From Squalus acanthias (taxonomy: Eukaryota), in assembly GCA_030390025.1 (NCBI GenBank), contig CM059431.1, forward strand, positions 116,128,001 through 116,192,000: 64,000 nucleotides of DNA. Reading direction: 5' to 3'. This document shows positions 12,216 through 24,832 of the stretch, piece after piece (positions within the stretch are counted from its first letter, which is position 1; every line of letters starts with the position of its first letter). The notes beneath the pieces are model-generated. The model was not told the DNA's origin. It saw nothing but the letters and a program-made list of their open reading frames with translations, and made no database searches. A program made the position numbers and the translations under genes.

Positions 12216-14629
12216 TTATAAGTTTCCCTTTGTTTTGCTCAAAGTTATTGAAGAAAAAAAATGATCTGAGAACTTTGATTGGACAGCTCATCACTGCTGC
12301 TCCATGTGGGGCAACTGTTTGTCCTTTTGAGGTTTGACCTTGTCTGATTGATGCCATTCATCTTATAAGGCTGAAGACAAGTCTTAAAAAGAATATTGAA
12401 TGTAAGGATTATGTTCTTTTCTAATCCAGTCAGGTGTTCAGGAAGGGATGCAGGTCCAATCTTTGCGCTCTTTCTTGCATTCCTCTGTTAGGTAATATAG
12501 TATGATGAGCTCTTTGTACCGATGTTTGTAATGCTTTTCTCTGAAGGATTGCTTTAGGTTTGTATGTCATTTTGCTAATAAAAAAGTCATACCCATTCAC
12601 AAAGATTGGGTGGTTTATTTCCAGTCGTTAAGGTGACACATAATACTTCATCTAACATACCAACAAATGGATCAAGTTATTGCTGGCAGCATATTACAAT
12701 ACAGAAGTGTGGAAAGTACCACTATTATGCATAATAGTAAATGTGTGCTCTGCATGCACATTTACAGCCTTAATACCATCATCCAATGAATTATCACTTT
12801 CTAGTCTAAGCTGTGACAAGTTTTCTAGTAGTAGATGTTTCATATCTAATACAATAAACCCTTGCAATAAATAGGATATTAAATCAATAATAATATGTTG
12901 TTGTTACTAATGTTCTTTCATTCACATAAGAACGCCCATAACACCTTGTCACTGGTGGAAGATCTTACAAATAATTGAGGGTCTTTCAAACAGTTGGTAA
13001 ACACCATCTGTTTTGGTAAGGAATTGTAGTCTAATCTTTTGGTAGTTGTTGTAATTTAACATTTTATGCCCACAGAACACGTCGTGAGCTGACAAACCAT
13101 TTTTACAATTGCACTGTTCCAATCTAATGAGAGAACCTGTCAACTTGTAGACAGCGCAGGCTTGTAATTATGTTTACTCTTTGAAATACTTAGGGGCACT
13201 TTGCATCTGCATCTGTCTGCATTTCTTAAGACTTTTTTTTCCTTACTAAATGATGCAGTGCCCCAGGGAGACTCTTCAGTGGCTGAACTCTTCAAGTGAT
13301 TTTAGTGTTGCATTATTGCTTTGAAGCACCAAATGATGCTTAAGAGCATCACGTAATGAACCCATTATGTTTTGCAATGTGTTTAAAGTGATAATTTTTT
13401 TCTTCAAAGAACACTATCAATAATAATAGTTTTTAGACTGCAGTAATCAGCATGCAAAAGTGGAAGTGTAGTAATATAATTCTTTTCCAAATGCTCCCAA
13501 AATGGGACTGAGGACTGAAAAGCTCCTTCAAGTCCAAGCTTAACCACCCACACCAGATCTAACTGGACCATATCAAGCTCCACTGGGTCTCATTCTCCTT
13601 TACCAAAACTGTTTACTACTCTGGAATCATCCTGGAGAGCAAAGATAATCCTTTACTCCTTTTCACCACTACTAACTGCCTCCTTAAAATGGTATTCCCT
13701 GCCCCATCCACTGTCACCTCTAACAAGCGTGAGGCGCTCATGGGCTTTTTTGTCACTAAAATAGAGAACATTGATTTAGCTGCCTCTGTTGTTTCCTCCC
13801 CATACCTTTACCCACCGAACTTCCCTTTCTTGTTCCTCTCCCATCTCCCAACATACCTTCTTCGATTTCATCTTATCCATGAGACCTCCTGCTCCATGAA
13901 TCTCATTCACAATAAACTGCTGACGGTTAATCTTCGTTTCTTGGCTGCCATGCTAACTGACATTGCAAGTGATTTGCACGCCTGACACTGTAGCCCTTCA
14001 TTTTCAAAATACCAGGAGAGATTTTTATGATCACTGCCTGGGCAGTATTCTGACAGAGTCGATCACCTTCCTTTATAGAACCTGCCCAATTTCTCATTCC
14101 ATTGAGTTCTGGCGAAGTTGCAAATCTACCCACATCATCAATCGCTGCTCAAAAACACAACCCGACCCCTCTGGCTTTGCAAACTATCTACAATTTCCAA
14201 AATCCCTTTCTTCTCAAGTCCTTGAATGTGTTGTTGTCTCCCCGATCTGTGCCACCAATCTCTCCTGTTTGAATCTATCCAAACAAGCATCCGACCCTCC
14301 TACTGCACCAAAACAGGCCCTAACCAAAGTCACGATCAACAGTCCATGTGATTGTGACCATAGTGCGTTATCCCTTCTTGACCTTTCTGCAGCCTTTGAC
14401 ATGGCTGACTGCACCATTCTCCTCCAATGTTTTTCCAACATTGTCCAACCAGTGGAACTGCCCTTGCTTGGTTACACTCTTTTTCCTATCTAATCATAGC
14501 CAGAGCAGGTCTAGCAATGGCTTTGCTTCCTATTCCTATAGCGTTACCTCTGGAGTTCTCAAAGGATCTATGCTTTGCCCCTCTTCTTCATCTATGAGCT
14601 GCCTCTTGGTGACATCATTCATAGACATC

Positions 14630-15474
14630 AGGCAGAATTTTCATTGACCCGTGGAGGCGGGTTTGGAGGCGTGTAGGGGGGTTAAAATTGCAGATTCGGG
14701 GGTCCCGAACCCATCCTGCCCCCAACCCGCCTCCATGCCAGTTTCACAGGAGCCGGGTACCCGACCTGTGCTGGGACCCGCCTCCCCGAGGCGGGAAGGG
14801 GTTTAGTGCCAATAAACTGCCTGTTAACAGGTAGTTAACAGGCAGTTTTTTGCCTAATCCCTATTTTTATCCCAGAAGTGTGGGCTTCCCGACAGGTCCG
14901 AACCACGCCGTTTTAGCGAGGCGCACCGTGGGTCTGCAGGGGTTGGAGGGGTCGATATGTCCGGTGGGCAGGTGAGTGATGGGTGCATGTGTGCAGAGGT
15001 TAGTGTGTAAGGTAAGTGTAAAGTGTGGAAAAACGTTTTACTTACCTTAACTTCCTCCTGCAGGTGTCAGCCTTTCAGGTCTCGGGAGTCAGAAATCTCA
15101 TCGGCACAGAAAGCAGAATGGTCGTTGAGCTGTCAAAAGCTGCAGCCTCTGCTTTTTGTTCTGCAGAGATCTCTAAATCAGCCTGAGAGGAAGGAATTAA
15201 CTTAGAGGACAGATTGTCAGTGTTTGACAGCTTCACAGAGCTGTCAAACGCTGATATTTCATCTGTCAAAAGCTCTTGACAGATGAAATGTCAATCTGTG
15301 ACGTCACCTGTTGCCGGGTGGCCCTTAATTGGCCTGCTGAGCCCGCTGGGTGGGCTCAACAAGGTCAATCAAGGCAAAATCGAGTGGGTTGGCCACAAGT
15401 CGATAGAGGCGGGACTACAACCCAAAAAGTGGGAGTCCCACCTCCATCACGTCCCCATTGACAAAATCCAGCCC
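14630..15474. mobile_element. Harbinger-type MITE, family B (~845 bp)
   Basis: TIR (A)GGCAGAATTTT / AAAATCCAGCCC, flanked by ATC/ATT. Homologous to 22296-23139, 43703-44547 and 52418-53262. Confidence 0.88.
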
Positions 15475-16106
15475 ATTGAGTTAGCTTCTGAATAGAGATC
15501 CTGTTTTGCCTCTCCACAACCTCTCTCAATCCTTCCTCTGATTCTGTGCTGCCAGACTGCTATTCCAACAAGCAGTCTTGGGTAAGCTGCAATTTCCTTC
15601 ATCTAAACATTGGGAAGGTGAAGCCACAAACTACGTACCTCTGCAACTGTCTCTAGAGTGTTCACAACCTTGGCATCTTATTTACCCCCAGCTGAGCTTT
15701 CCACCCTATATTTTCACATCACAAAGGCTGCCTAATTCCACCTCCTTAGCATCGCCCGCCTATACACATTCCTCAGCCCATCTTCTGTTGAAACCCGTAT
15801 CCATGCCTTTGTCACCTTCAGACTCGACTATTCCAATGCTTTCCTTGCCAGATTCCCATTCTCCACTCTCTGTAAACTTTAGCTCATCCAAACCGCTGCT
15901 GCCGATATCCTATCCCCCACTAAGTCCTGCTTACCCATCACTCCTGTCCTTGCTGACCTGCATTGACTGCAGTTCCCCTAATGTCACCCATTTCAAATTC
16001 TCATCCTCATGTTTAAATCCCTTTGTAGCCTTGCCCCTCCCTATCTCTGTAACCCTCTCCAGCCCTACAACTCCCCCTCCCCCCGCCCCACCAAACCAAA
16101 CACTAT

Positions 16107-17875
16107 GGGGGGAATTTTTCAGGGGGTCAGCGGGCGCATTTGATGGCGGGTCAGGTGGGAATTTTTTTTTAACAATGGGTAGGGAACCCGCTGTCAACCC
16201 TCCGACATGCTAGTTTCCCACATGTCGGGTCTGTCAGTGCTGAACAGACCTGACACCAAGCGGCGGGGGAGGCAATTTAGGTGATTAAGACTTTGTTAAC
16301 AGCCTGTTAAAGAGAATTTTGAGCTCACCATAACATTTTACAAGGTCGCCCATGGGTTCCAAGCTGCTCGGGGATTATGTCAGGTAAGGAGGTTGGGAGT
16401 TGTGACATCATGAAATGATCCCTTTACTTGACAGCTGCAAATGTGGTATAAAAGGGCCCATCTCCGAGCTGTTCACTTTCCAAGCGCAAAAGCTGTTGCT
16501 TACTGCATTTGGAAGACAGATTGAACTTTATGCAGGTTGCAAGTGTTTGGAGCAAACTCTCTATCCAGTGTCACCTCATTGGAGCAACCTCTCTCACCAT
16601 TGACAGATCGCTTCTGTCATCTCAACTTCACTTGCCATCTATTCCATCAGCATCGGTGCCCTTGAAAAAAACCTCACCTTGGTCCTCAGAATCCCACCAC
16701 GATCAGCCCCAACACCAGCATCACCAGTCACACCAGCAGCACCAACAACAGCACCAACCTGCTCCGCAATCAACTGAATCTGCACAGGACACAGGGCATC
16801 AGCACCCGACCACAATGCTGCCTGGGACGCCAGGGATGGCCTGACAATGGCCATATTTACTTCACTTGACGCTGCACAGCCTGGCTGCCACATGATGCGC
16901 CAGGTTGGCACCACCCCACACCAACACCATAAAGCATCCCTATAATGTCCAAGCTATTCCTTTCACACTCATCACCATTGCGGGGGTTACCGTTATGTCT
17001 CACCATTCACTGCAACTCACTAAGCCACTTCCAAAGGTGCACACAAATCTATCCAAGAAGGCAAAGTGTTGAAAATAAAGATTTCAATGTTTGACAGCAC
17101 ATAAACAGAAACTTCACCTGAACATTGGCTAAAACACACAAGTGCCTACCCTTGTGTGTTGTTAGTTGGTATGATTGGACTAGGATGAGGGCAGGTATGA
17201 CGGGTGGCTATTGAGATGGGGAAGTGATAATGTAGAGAGGAAGGGATGGGTGGAGGTGCAAGGTAAATTGGTGTGAGTAAGGATGTGCAGGGGTAGGGTA
17301 GGGAAGGCAGAGTGATGGGGATGTGATGAGTGGCACAGCAGGATGAGGTTGAGTGAGGCTTTGCAGTAATGTTTTGTGATCCACTGAGATCATTGAAAGG
17401 TTTGTGCCACTGCAGTCTGGTCCTCCTGACAACATCCCTGCTTGTGCCTTCCTGTGCAATGTGGAACCAGGCTGTGTTGGTCTCCTGGGGAGATCTCTTC
17501 TGCCCATTGGAAGGGAAGAGGACCTCCCTGCTTGCTGTGAATCCTTCCATAAGCATGTGGAGGGAGTCAAGGGAGAGTCTGGGTGCAGCCGTGCACCTCT
17601 GTGCAGTGCTTGTCAGTGTTTGCAGCACCTAAATACTGAAGAACACTGACAGCACAACTGTCAAAATAAATTTGTGCATGGCTCCTTTAAGAAAACCGGC
17701 TGATGACGCGTCATCAAGTGACTTCATCAGACCCGCTTCCTTCAATTGGCCGGCACACGCGTTGGGCGGGCATAACAAGCCCAATCAACGTAAAATCACT
17801 TTGGACAGCGGGCTGGAGATAGCAGCGAGGTCGGGACATGCCACCGACCCCGCCGAGGTAGGGGAAATCGCGGCC
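16107..17875 (+). mobile_element. Diverged non-autonomous Harbinger derivative, family C
   Basis: Degenerate TIRs, flanked by TAT/TAC. It keeps a Q/H-rich transposase N-terminal remnant on + and a Myb exon-1 remnant on - (REVLFPS...RTRLQWHKPFNDL, ~17370-17610). Confidence 0.75.
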
Positions 17876-18004
17876 TACACTTCTCTGACTCTGGCCTCCT
17901 GTGCTTTCCCCACCTTCCAATATGGGCAACCATGTCTTTAGCCATCATGCTTTGAAATTTTCCCTCTAAACTCCTCCGCCTCTCCATCTTCCTCTTCTCC
18001 TTTA

Positions 18005-18428
18005 AACATAGAAACATAGAATCTAGGAGTAGGAGTAGGCCATTCGGCCCGTCAAGCCTGCTCCACCATTCAATACGATCATGGCTGATCATCCAAAGCC
18101 AGTACCCTGTCCCTGCTTTAATCCCCACAGTACACATATCCCAACCTACCCCCGTAACCCCACGTATTTAATTCCCCCTAACATATCCCATCCTATCCCC
18201 ATAACCCCACATATTTAATCCCCCCCTAACACTAAGGGTCAATTTATCATAGCCAAATCAACCTAACCCGCACATTTTTGGACTGTGGGAGGAAACCGGA
18301 GCACCCGGAGGAAACCCACGCAGACACAGGGAGAATGTGCAAACTCCACACAGACAGTCACCCGAGGTCAGATTCGAACCCGGGTCCCTGGCGCTGTGAG
18401 GCACCAGTGCTAACCACTATGCCACCGT
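18005..18428 (-). mobile_element. tRNA-derived HE1-like V-SINE with CR1-type tail
   Basis: The reverse strand has A box TGGCATAGTGG, B box GGTTCGAATC and the V-domain GTGGGTTTCCTCCGGGTGCTCCGGTTTCCTCCCAC. Confidence 0.8.
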
Positions 18429-18744
18429 GTTGCTTCTTCAAAATGACCTCTTTGAGCAAGCTTTTAATCACCTCTCCTATTACCTCCTTATTTGGCTTGG
18501 CATCCATTTTGTCTGGTTTTGCCTCTGTGAAATACCTTGGAACATATTTTTTTACATTAAAGGCACTTTATATGTTGTTCTTGTCGCTGTTATCATAGTA
18601 ATTGTTGTTCATCCTCCTCACCGACCCCACCACTTCCTTTGCCCCACCACTGGCGGGCATGTTTTCAGTTGCCTGGGTCCCATGCTCTGGAATACTCTCC
18701 TGAAACCTCTCTGTATTTCCATCTTCTTATCCTCCTTTAAGACA

Positions 18745-19795
18745 TAGAAACATAGGACCAGGAGGAGGCCATTCAGCCCCTCGAGTATGTTCCGCCATTC
18801 AATGAGATCATGGCTGATCTGCAACCTAACTCCATATACCCGCCTTTGGCCCATATCCCTTAATACTTTTAGTTAACAAAAAGCTATTAATCTCTGATTT
18901 AAAATTAACAATTGATCTAGCATCAATTGCCATTTGCGGAAGAGAGTTCTAAACTTCTACCACCCCTTGTGTGTAGAAATGTTTCCTAATTTCACTCCTG
19001 AAAGGTCTGGCTCCAATTTTTAGACTATGCCCCCTCGTCCTAGAATCCTCAACCAGTGGAAATAGTTTCTCCCTATCTGTTCCCCTTAATATCTTGAAAA
19101 CTTCGATCAGATCACCCCTTAACCTTCTAAATTCTAGGGAATACAACCCTAATTCGTGTAATAAAAGCAGAAAGTGCTGGAGATACTCAGCAGGTCAGGC
19201 AGCATTTGTGAAGAGAGAAACAGAGTTAACGTTTCAGGTCAATGACCTTTCGTCAGAACAAGTTTGTGTAATCTGTCCTCGAAATTTAATCCTTGAAGTC
19301 CAGGTATCATTCTGGTAAACCTATGCTGCACTTCCTCCAAGGCCAATATATCCTTCCTGAGGTGTGGTGCCCAGAACTGCTCACAGTACTCCAGGTGCGT
19401 TCTGATCAGTGTTTTGTGTAGCTGCAGCATAACTTCTACACCCTTCTACTCTAGTCCTCTAGATATAAAGGCCAGCATTCCATTAGCCTTTTTAATTATT
19501 TTCTGTATCTGTTCATGACATTTAATGATCTATGTACCTGGACTCCCAAGTCTCTTTGGACATCCACTGTTTTCACCATTCAGAAAGTACCCTGTTCTAT
19601 CCTTTTCAGGTCCAAAGTTGCATTTGCCTACATTGAAATATAGGCCTAGTCTACTCAATCACCCCATCCCAGGAATCAGTCTGGTGAACCTTCGTTGCAC
19701 TCCCTCTATGGCAAGTATATCCTTCCTTAGGTAAGGAGACTGAAACTGTACACAATACTCTAGGTGTGTTCTCACCAGGGCCATATATAATTGCA
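18745..19795 (-). mobile_element. CR1 LINE 3' fragments with a Penelope-end insertion at ~19163-19262
   Basis: YSLEFRRLRGDLIEVFK and LEYCEQFWAPHLRKD on the minus strand. Confidence 0.8.
19224..19259 (-). ncRNA. Minimal hammerhead ribozyme motif
   Basis: The reverse complement reads GTTCTGACGAAAGGTCATTGACCTGAAACGTTAACT. Confidence 0.65.
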
Positions 19796-19931
19796 GAAGG
19801 TGTGAGAGTCATTCAGCCATATTCGATGTGTGTTATAGTAATAACATGGATGGCATGCGTGTTATTGCAGCAATTAGAAGAGTTGAGAGCCTGGTTGTTT
19901 AGTTGACAAATGGGCCAGAAATTCGGCTTTC

Positions 19932-21260
19932 AACACTGTCAACCGTGAGGGATTATGGAGTGTCCTCCGCAAATTCGGCTACCCTCAAAAGTTTGTCACC
20001 ATCCTCCGCCAACTTCACGATGACATGCAAGCCGTGATCCTGACCAACGGTTCCACCACAGACCCAATTCACGTACGAACCGGGGTCAAGCAAGGCTGTG
20101 TCATCGCACCAACGCTCTTCTCGATCTTCCTTGCTGCAATGCTCCATCTCACCCTCAGTAAGCTCCCCGCTGGAGTGGAGCTAATTTACAGAACAAACGG
20201 GAAACTGTTCAACCTCCGTCGCCTCCAGTCCAGATCCAAGGTCGTCCCATCCTCTGTCGTCGAATTACAGTATGCAGATGACGCTTGCATCTGCGCTCAC
20301 TCGGAGGTCGAACTCCAAACCATCGTCAACACCTTCACTGAAGCGTACGAGAGCATGGGCCTTACACTAAACATCTGTAAGACAAAGGTCCTCTACCAAC
20401 CTACCCCCGCCACACAGTACTGCCCCCCGATTATCAAAATCCATGACAAGGCCTTGGACAACGTGGACCACTTTCCATACCTCGGGAGCCTACTGTCAAC
20501 AAGGGCAGACGTCAACGACGAAGTCCAACACCGCCTTCAGTGTGTCAGTGCAGCCTTCGGTCGCCTGAGGAAGAGAGTATTTGAAGACCAGGACCTCAAA
20601 CCAGGCACTAAGCTCATGGTCTACAGAGCAGCAGTGATACCCGCTCTGCTGTATGCCTCAGAGACATGGACCATGTACAGCAGGCACCTCAAAGCACTGG
20701 AGAGGTACCACCAACGCTGCCTCCACAAGGTCTTTCAAATCCATTGGCAGGATAGGCGCACCAACGTCAGTGTTCTTGCTCAGGCCAACATCCCCAGCAT
20801 CGAAGCTTTGACCACGCTCGATCAGCTCCAATGGACGGGTCACATTGTCCGCATGCCCGATACGAGACTCCCAAAACAAGCGCTCTACTCGGAGCTCCGG
20901 CATGGCAAGAGAGCCCCAGGTGGACAGAGGAAACACTTCAAGGACACCCTCAAAGCCTCCTTGTAAAAGTGCAACATCCCCACCGACACCTGGGAATCCC
21001 TGGCCCAAGACCGCACAAAGTGGAGGAGAAGCATCCAGGAAGGCGCCGAATACCTCGAGTCTCTTCGCCGGGAGCAAGCGGAAGCCAAGCGCAGGCAGTG
21101 CAAGGAGCGCACGTCAACCCAAGCACCCCACCCACCGTCTGCCCCAACTGTGACAGAGACTGTAGGTCCCGCATTGGACTCATCAGTCACCTGCAAACTC
21201 ATTTTTAGTGTGGAAGCAAGTCATCCTCGGTTCCGAGGGACTGCCTAAGAAGGAAGAAGG
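19932..21260 (+). mobile_element. 5'-truncated RTE-clade LINE (RT and C-terminal region, one internal stop at 20964-20966)
   Basis: GVKQGCVIAPTLF, LQYADD, FPYLGS, ALLYASETW and a C-terminal CxxC...SH...H motif. It has a GAAG-rich tail and is flanked by a ~147-bp direct duplication. Confidence 0.92.
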
Positions 21261-21386
21261 ATATAATTGCAGAAGGTGTGAGAGTCATTCAGCCATATTC
21301 GATGTGTGTTATATTAATAACATGGATGGCATGCGTGTTATTGCAGCAATTAGAAGAGTTGAGAGCCTGGTTATTTAGTTTACATT

Positions 21387-22148
21387 GGGCCAGAAATTCG
21401 GCTTTCCGGCTTCCTGTGGGTGCAAGCATCGCGCGCGTACTTACTTACTGCGCCTGCAGTTGTGCTTTGGGCCCACGAGGACTTCGGGTCCTGGGCCTCC
21501 TCCAGCTGCCGGCGTGCAGTGCTTGCGTATCCCAGGGGCGCATTTAGTTCGAAGCGTCCCCAGGGATCACGTGGGCCATGGAGAGCCAATCCTAGCAGGG
21601 CATTTTCATTCATAGAATTGACAGGAGGACCTGTCAAATCTATGAATAGAGATCGGCCCCAAAACCACACTAAAACTTCAAATAAATTGAAAAAAAAATC
21701 ACATTTTTAAAATAACTGTAAGTTACATAAATTAACTACTTTAAACAAAAATTTAAATTTTTGAAAAAATTTAAATACTTTTTAACGGTGCTAAAAATAA
21801 ACTTACCTTTCTTTAAAGTATGTAAAAAAGATAAACCTGTTGAAAAAATGTTTAAATTGTAATTAATTAACCACTTACCTTGTTAAAAACAGGCCTTGCG
21901 CCTCCTTTTTAAAAGTGCAGCTTCTCCATACTTATCTTCCCGGAGAAACCTGAAAAAAAAAACGAAGTTCGCTGCGTGCGCGCAGCCTCTCCCGCGCACA
22001 CGTTCGACTTTTGAACCCCTCCCTTCAGGGGAATGGAAGTTCCGGTTTCCCGCGCATGCGCAGTGCATGCAGAAAACCGGCACTTCAGGTGGCCTTACGG
22101 GTGAGTACACAGCGAGTACTCACCCGACAACAGCCGAATTTCTGGCCC
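21387..22148. mobile_element. MITE family D (~760 bp), GC-rich ends with AT-rich core
   Basis: TIR GGGCCAGAAATTCGGCT / AGCCGAATTTCTGGCCC. A second copy lies at 31365-32128. Confidence 0.85.
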
Positions 22149-22295
22149 ATAATAATTCTGTTGGCATTTGTATGTACCTTTGATGTACCATGATTTATTG
22201 ATCGTAAGCATAGAATGTAGTGATCAAAGGGGAAAATTAGTATAAGAAATGTAAGGGAATACTGTTTAGGAGCTCACACTGGAATCGGAGAGTGT

Positions 22296-23139
22296 GGGCT
22301 GGATTTTGTCAATGGGGACGTGATGGTGGCGGGACTCCCACTTTTTGGGTTGTAGTTCCGCCTCCATCGACTTGTGGCCAACCCACTGTATTTTCCCTTG
22401 ATTGACCTTGTTAAGCCCGCCCAGCGGGCTTTGCAGGCCAATCAAGGGTCCCTTGGATACAGGTGACGTCAGCCATTGAAATTTCATCTGTCAAGAGCTT
22501 TTGACAGATGAAATTTCAGCGTTTGATAGCTCTGTGAAGCTGTCAAACACTGACAATATGATTTCTAATGTGAGTCCCTGTACTTAGACTCAGTTAGAAA
22601 TCAATCCAACACAGAAAGCAGAGACTGCAGCTTTTGACAGCTCCGCGGCCATTCTGCTTTCTGTGCCGGTGAGCTGAGGGACTCCTGAGAACTGAAGGAA
22701 GGAAGCCTGTAGGACAAAGTTAAGGTAAGTACAAGTTCTTAAAACACTTTACACACACCAAACACACTTACTTCTGCACTCATGCAACCATCACTCACCT
22801 GCACACCGGACATCTCGACCCCTCCAAGCCCTCCAGACCGACAGTCCGCCTCGCTAAATCGGCGTGGTTTGGACCTGTCGGGAAGCCCACACTTCAGGGC
22901 TAAAAATGGGGATTAGGCAAAAAACTGCCTGTTAACTACCTGTTAACAGGCAGTTTATTGGCACTAATCCCCTTCCCGCCTCGGGGAGGCGGGTCCCAGC
23001 ACAGGTCGGGTACCCACCTCCTGTGAAACTGGCATGGAGGTGGGTTGGGGGCGGGATGGGTTCGGGACCCCCGAATCTGCTATTTTCCCACCTCACACGC
23101 CTCCAAACCCACCTCCACGCGCCGGTGAAAATTCTGCCC
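22296..23139. mobile_element. MITE family B (reverse orientation)
   Basis: TIR GGGCTGGATTTT / AAAATTCTGCCC and TSD TGT. Confidence 0.9.
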
Positions 23140-23229
23140 TGTGTGTCTCAAAAGCAGCTTGTGCTCACACTGGAATCGGATAGTGTGTGTCTCAGCAGCT
23201 CTCATACTGGTTTGTGTAGTATGAAAATG

Positions 23230-24305
23230 ACTTGGGCTTTGTATAACAGTGGCATAACTTCTACCCCCTTGTATTCTAGTCTCTAGATATAAAGGCCAGC
23301 ACTCTATTAGCCTTTTTTTAAATCATTTTCTGTACCTGTTCATGACATTTTAATAATCTATGTACCTGGACCCCCAAGTCTCTATGGACATCCATTGTTT
23401 TTAGCTTTTCACCATTTAGATGATATCCTATTCTATCCTTTTTTAGGTCTAAAGTGGATGACCTCACATATGCTTACATTGAAATCCATTTGCCACAGTT
23501 TTGCCCATTCACTTAATCTGTCAATATCCCTTTGTAATTTTTTGCTTTCATCTACACTGCCTATAATGCCACCTATCATTGTGTAATCGGCAAATTTGGA
23601 CATGTGGCTTTCTATGCCATCATCCAAGTCGTTAATAAATATTGTGAATAGTTGAGGCCCCAACACAGACCCCTGCGGGACACCACTAGTCACATCCTGC
23701 CAATTAGAGTACTTATCCATTATCCCTACTCCCGGTCTGCTGCCGCTCAGCCAATTTCCTCACCAGGTCATTAATTTACCTTCAATTCCATGGGCTTCAA
23801 CCTTAGTTAACAGTCTCTTATGAGGGACTTTTTCAAATGCCTTCTGGAAGTCTATATAAATAACATCCATAGACATTCCCCTGTCCACTACTTGAGTCAC
23901 CACTTCAAAAAATTCAATCTGGTTCATCAGGCATGACCCACCTTTTACAAATCCATGCTGGCTCTCTCTGATCAGCTGAAAACTTTCAAGGTGTTCAGCC
24001 ACCCTATCCTTAATTATAGACTCTAGTAATTTCCTGACAACAGATGTTAGGCTAACCAGTCTATAATTTCTTGGTTTCCCTCTCTCACCACTCTTAAATA
24101 GTGGAGTGACATGTGCAATTTTCTAATATAAAGGAATGTTTCCTGAATTGAGAGAACTTTGGAAGATTATAGTTAGGGCATCTGCAATGTGCTCACCTAC
24201 TTCCTTTAAAACCCTGGGATGGAAACCATTTGGTCCTGGGGATTTGTCACTCTTTAGTGTCATTATTTTCTTAATTACTGTTATTTTGCTTATGTTAAAT
24301 TTGTT
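23230..24305 (-). mobile_element. CR1 LINE RT fragment (continues at 28576-~28800)
   Basis: SGVPQGSVLGPQLF, SKFAD, IDFQKAF and KSPGPNGFHPRVLKE on the minus strand. Confidence 0.88.
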
Positions 24306-24832
24306 GGGCTGGATTTTGCCGGGCCCGCGGAGGCGGGTTTGAAGGCGGGTCAGGTGGGAAAGTTGCAAAAAATGGCGGTGGGCTCCGATCCCGCCTTCAA
24401 CCCGCCTCTGCGCAACTTTCCCAAATGCGGGCTTGCAGACCCCGTTTTGGTCCCGCCTCCAAGAGGCGGGATAGGCCCTTAAGGCACTTAACTATTACTT
24501 AAGTACCTGTATAATCCCATTTTGATAGGCCTTTCAGAGTTTACCACATTTCCCCCATGTTGCACATCTCCCCTGGAACACGCCAGCTAATCCTGTCGGG
24601 TTCACAAGTGGATGGCTTACTAACAGCTGCAGCTCCACCATAAAAACGGAGTTTTCCACAATGATCATTTACAAGTGGCAGAACTTTCTTTTCTCAGGTC
24701 TTGGAGAACTTTTTGCAGGTCTACTGATTTTGGAAGTGTTGAAGCTGAGATCCATCTCCACTGTGACCTCCTGGGAAAACCCTATCCCCACCTTGACTCA
24801 GCACTTCCTCAACTGAGGTATAAACCAGCAGC

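Larger units (their letters stand above)
13480..18005 (+). mobile_element. Decayed L2-clade LINE, interrupted at 14630-15474 and 16107-17875
   Basis: LLDLSAAFD motif, plus similarity to the L2 fragment at 1-1750 across the insertions. Confidence 0.7.

Noticed and set aside
22273..23200. Short direct repeat CTCACACTGGAATCGGA(G/T)AGTGTGTGTCTCA around a MITE, superficially array-like
   Set aside because: Only about two units of a local tandem duplication, into which the MITE inserted. It is not a CRISPR-like array.
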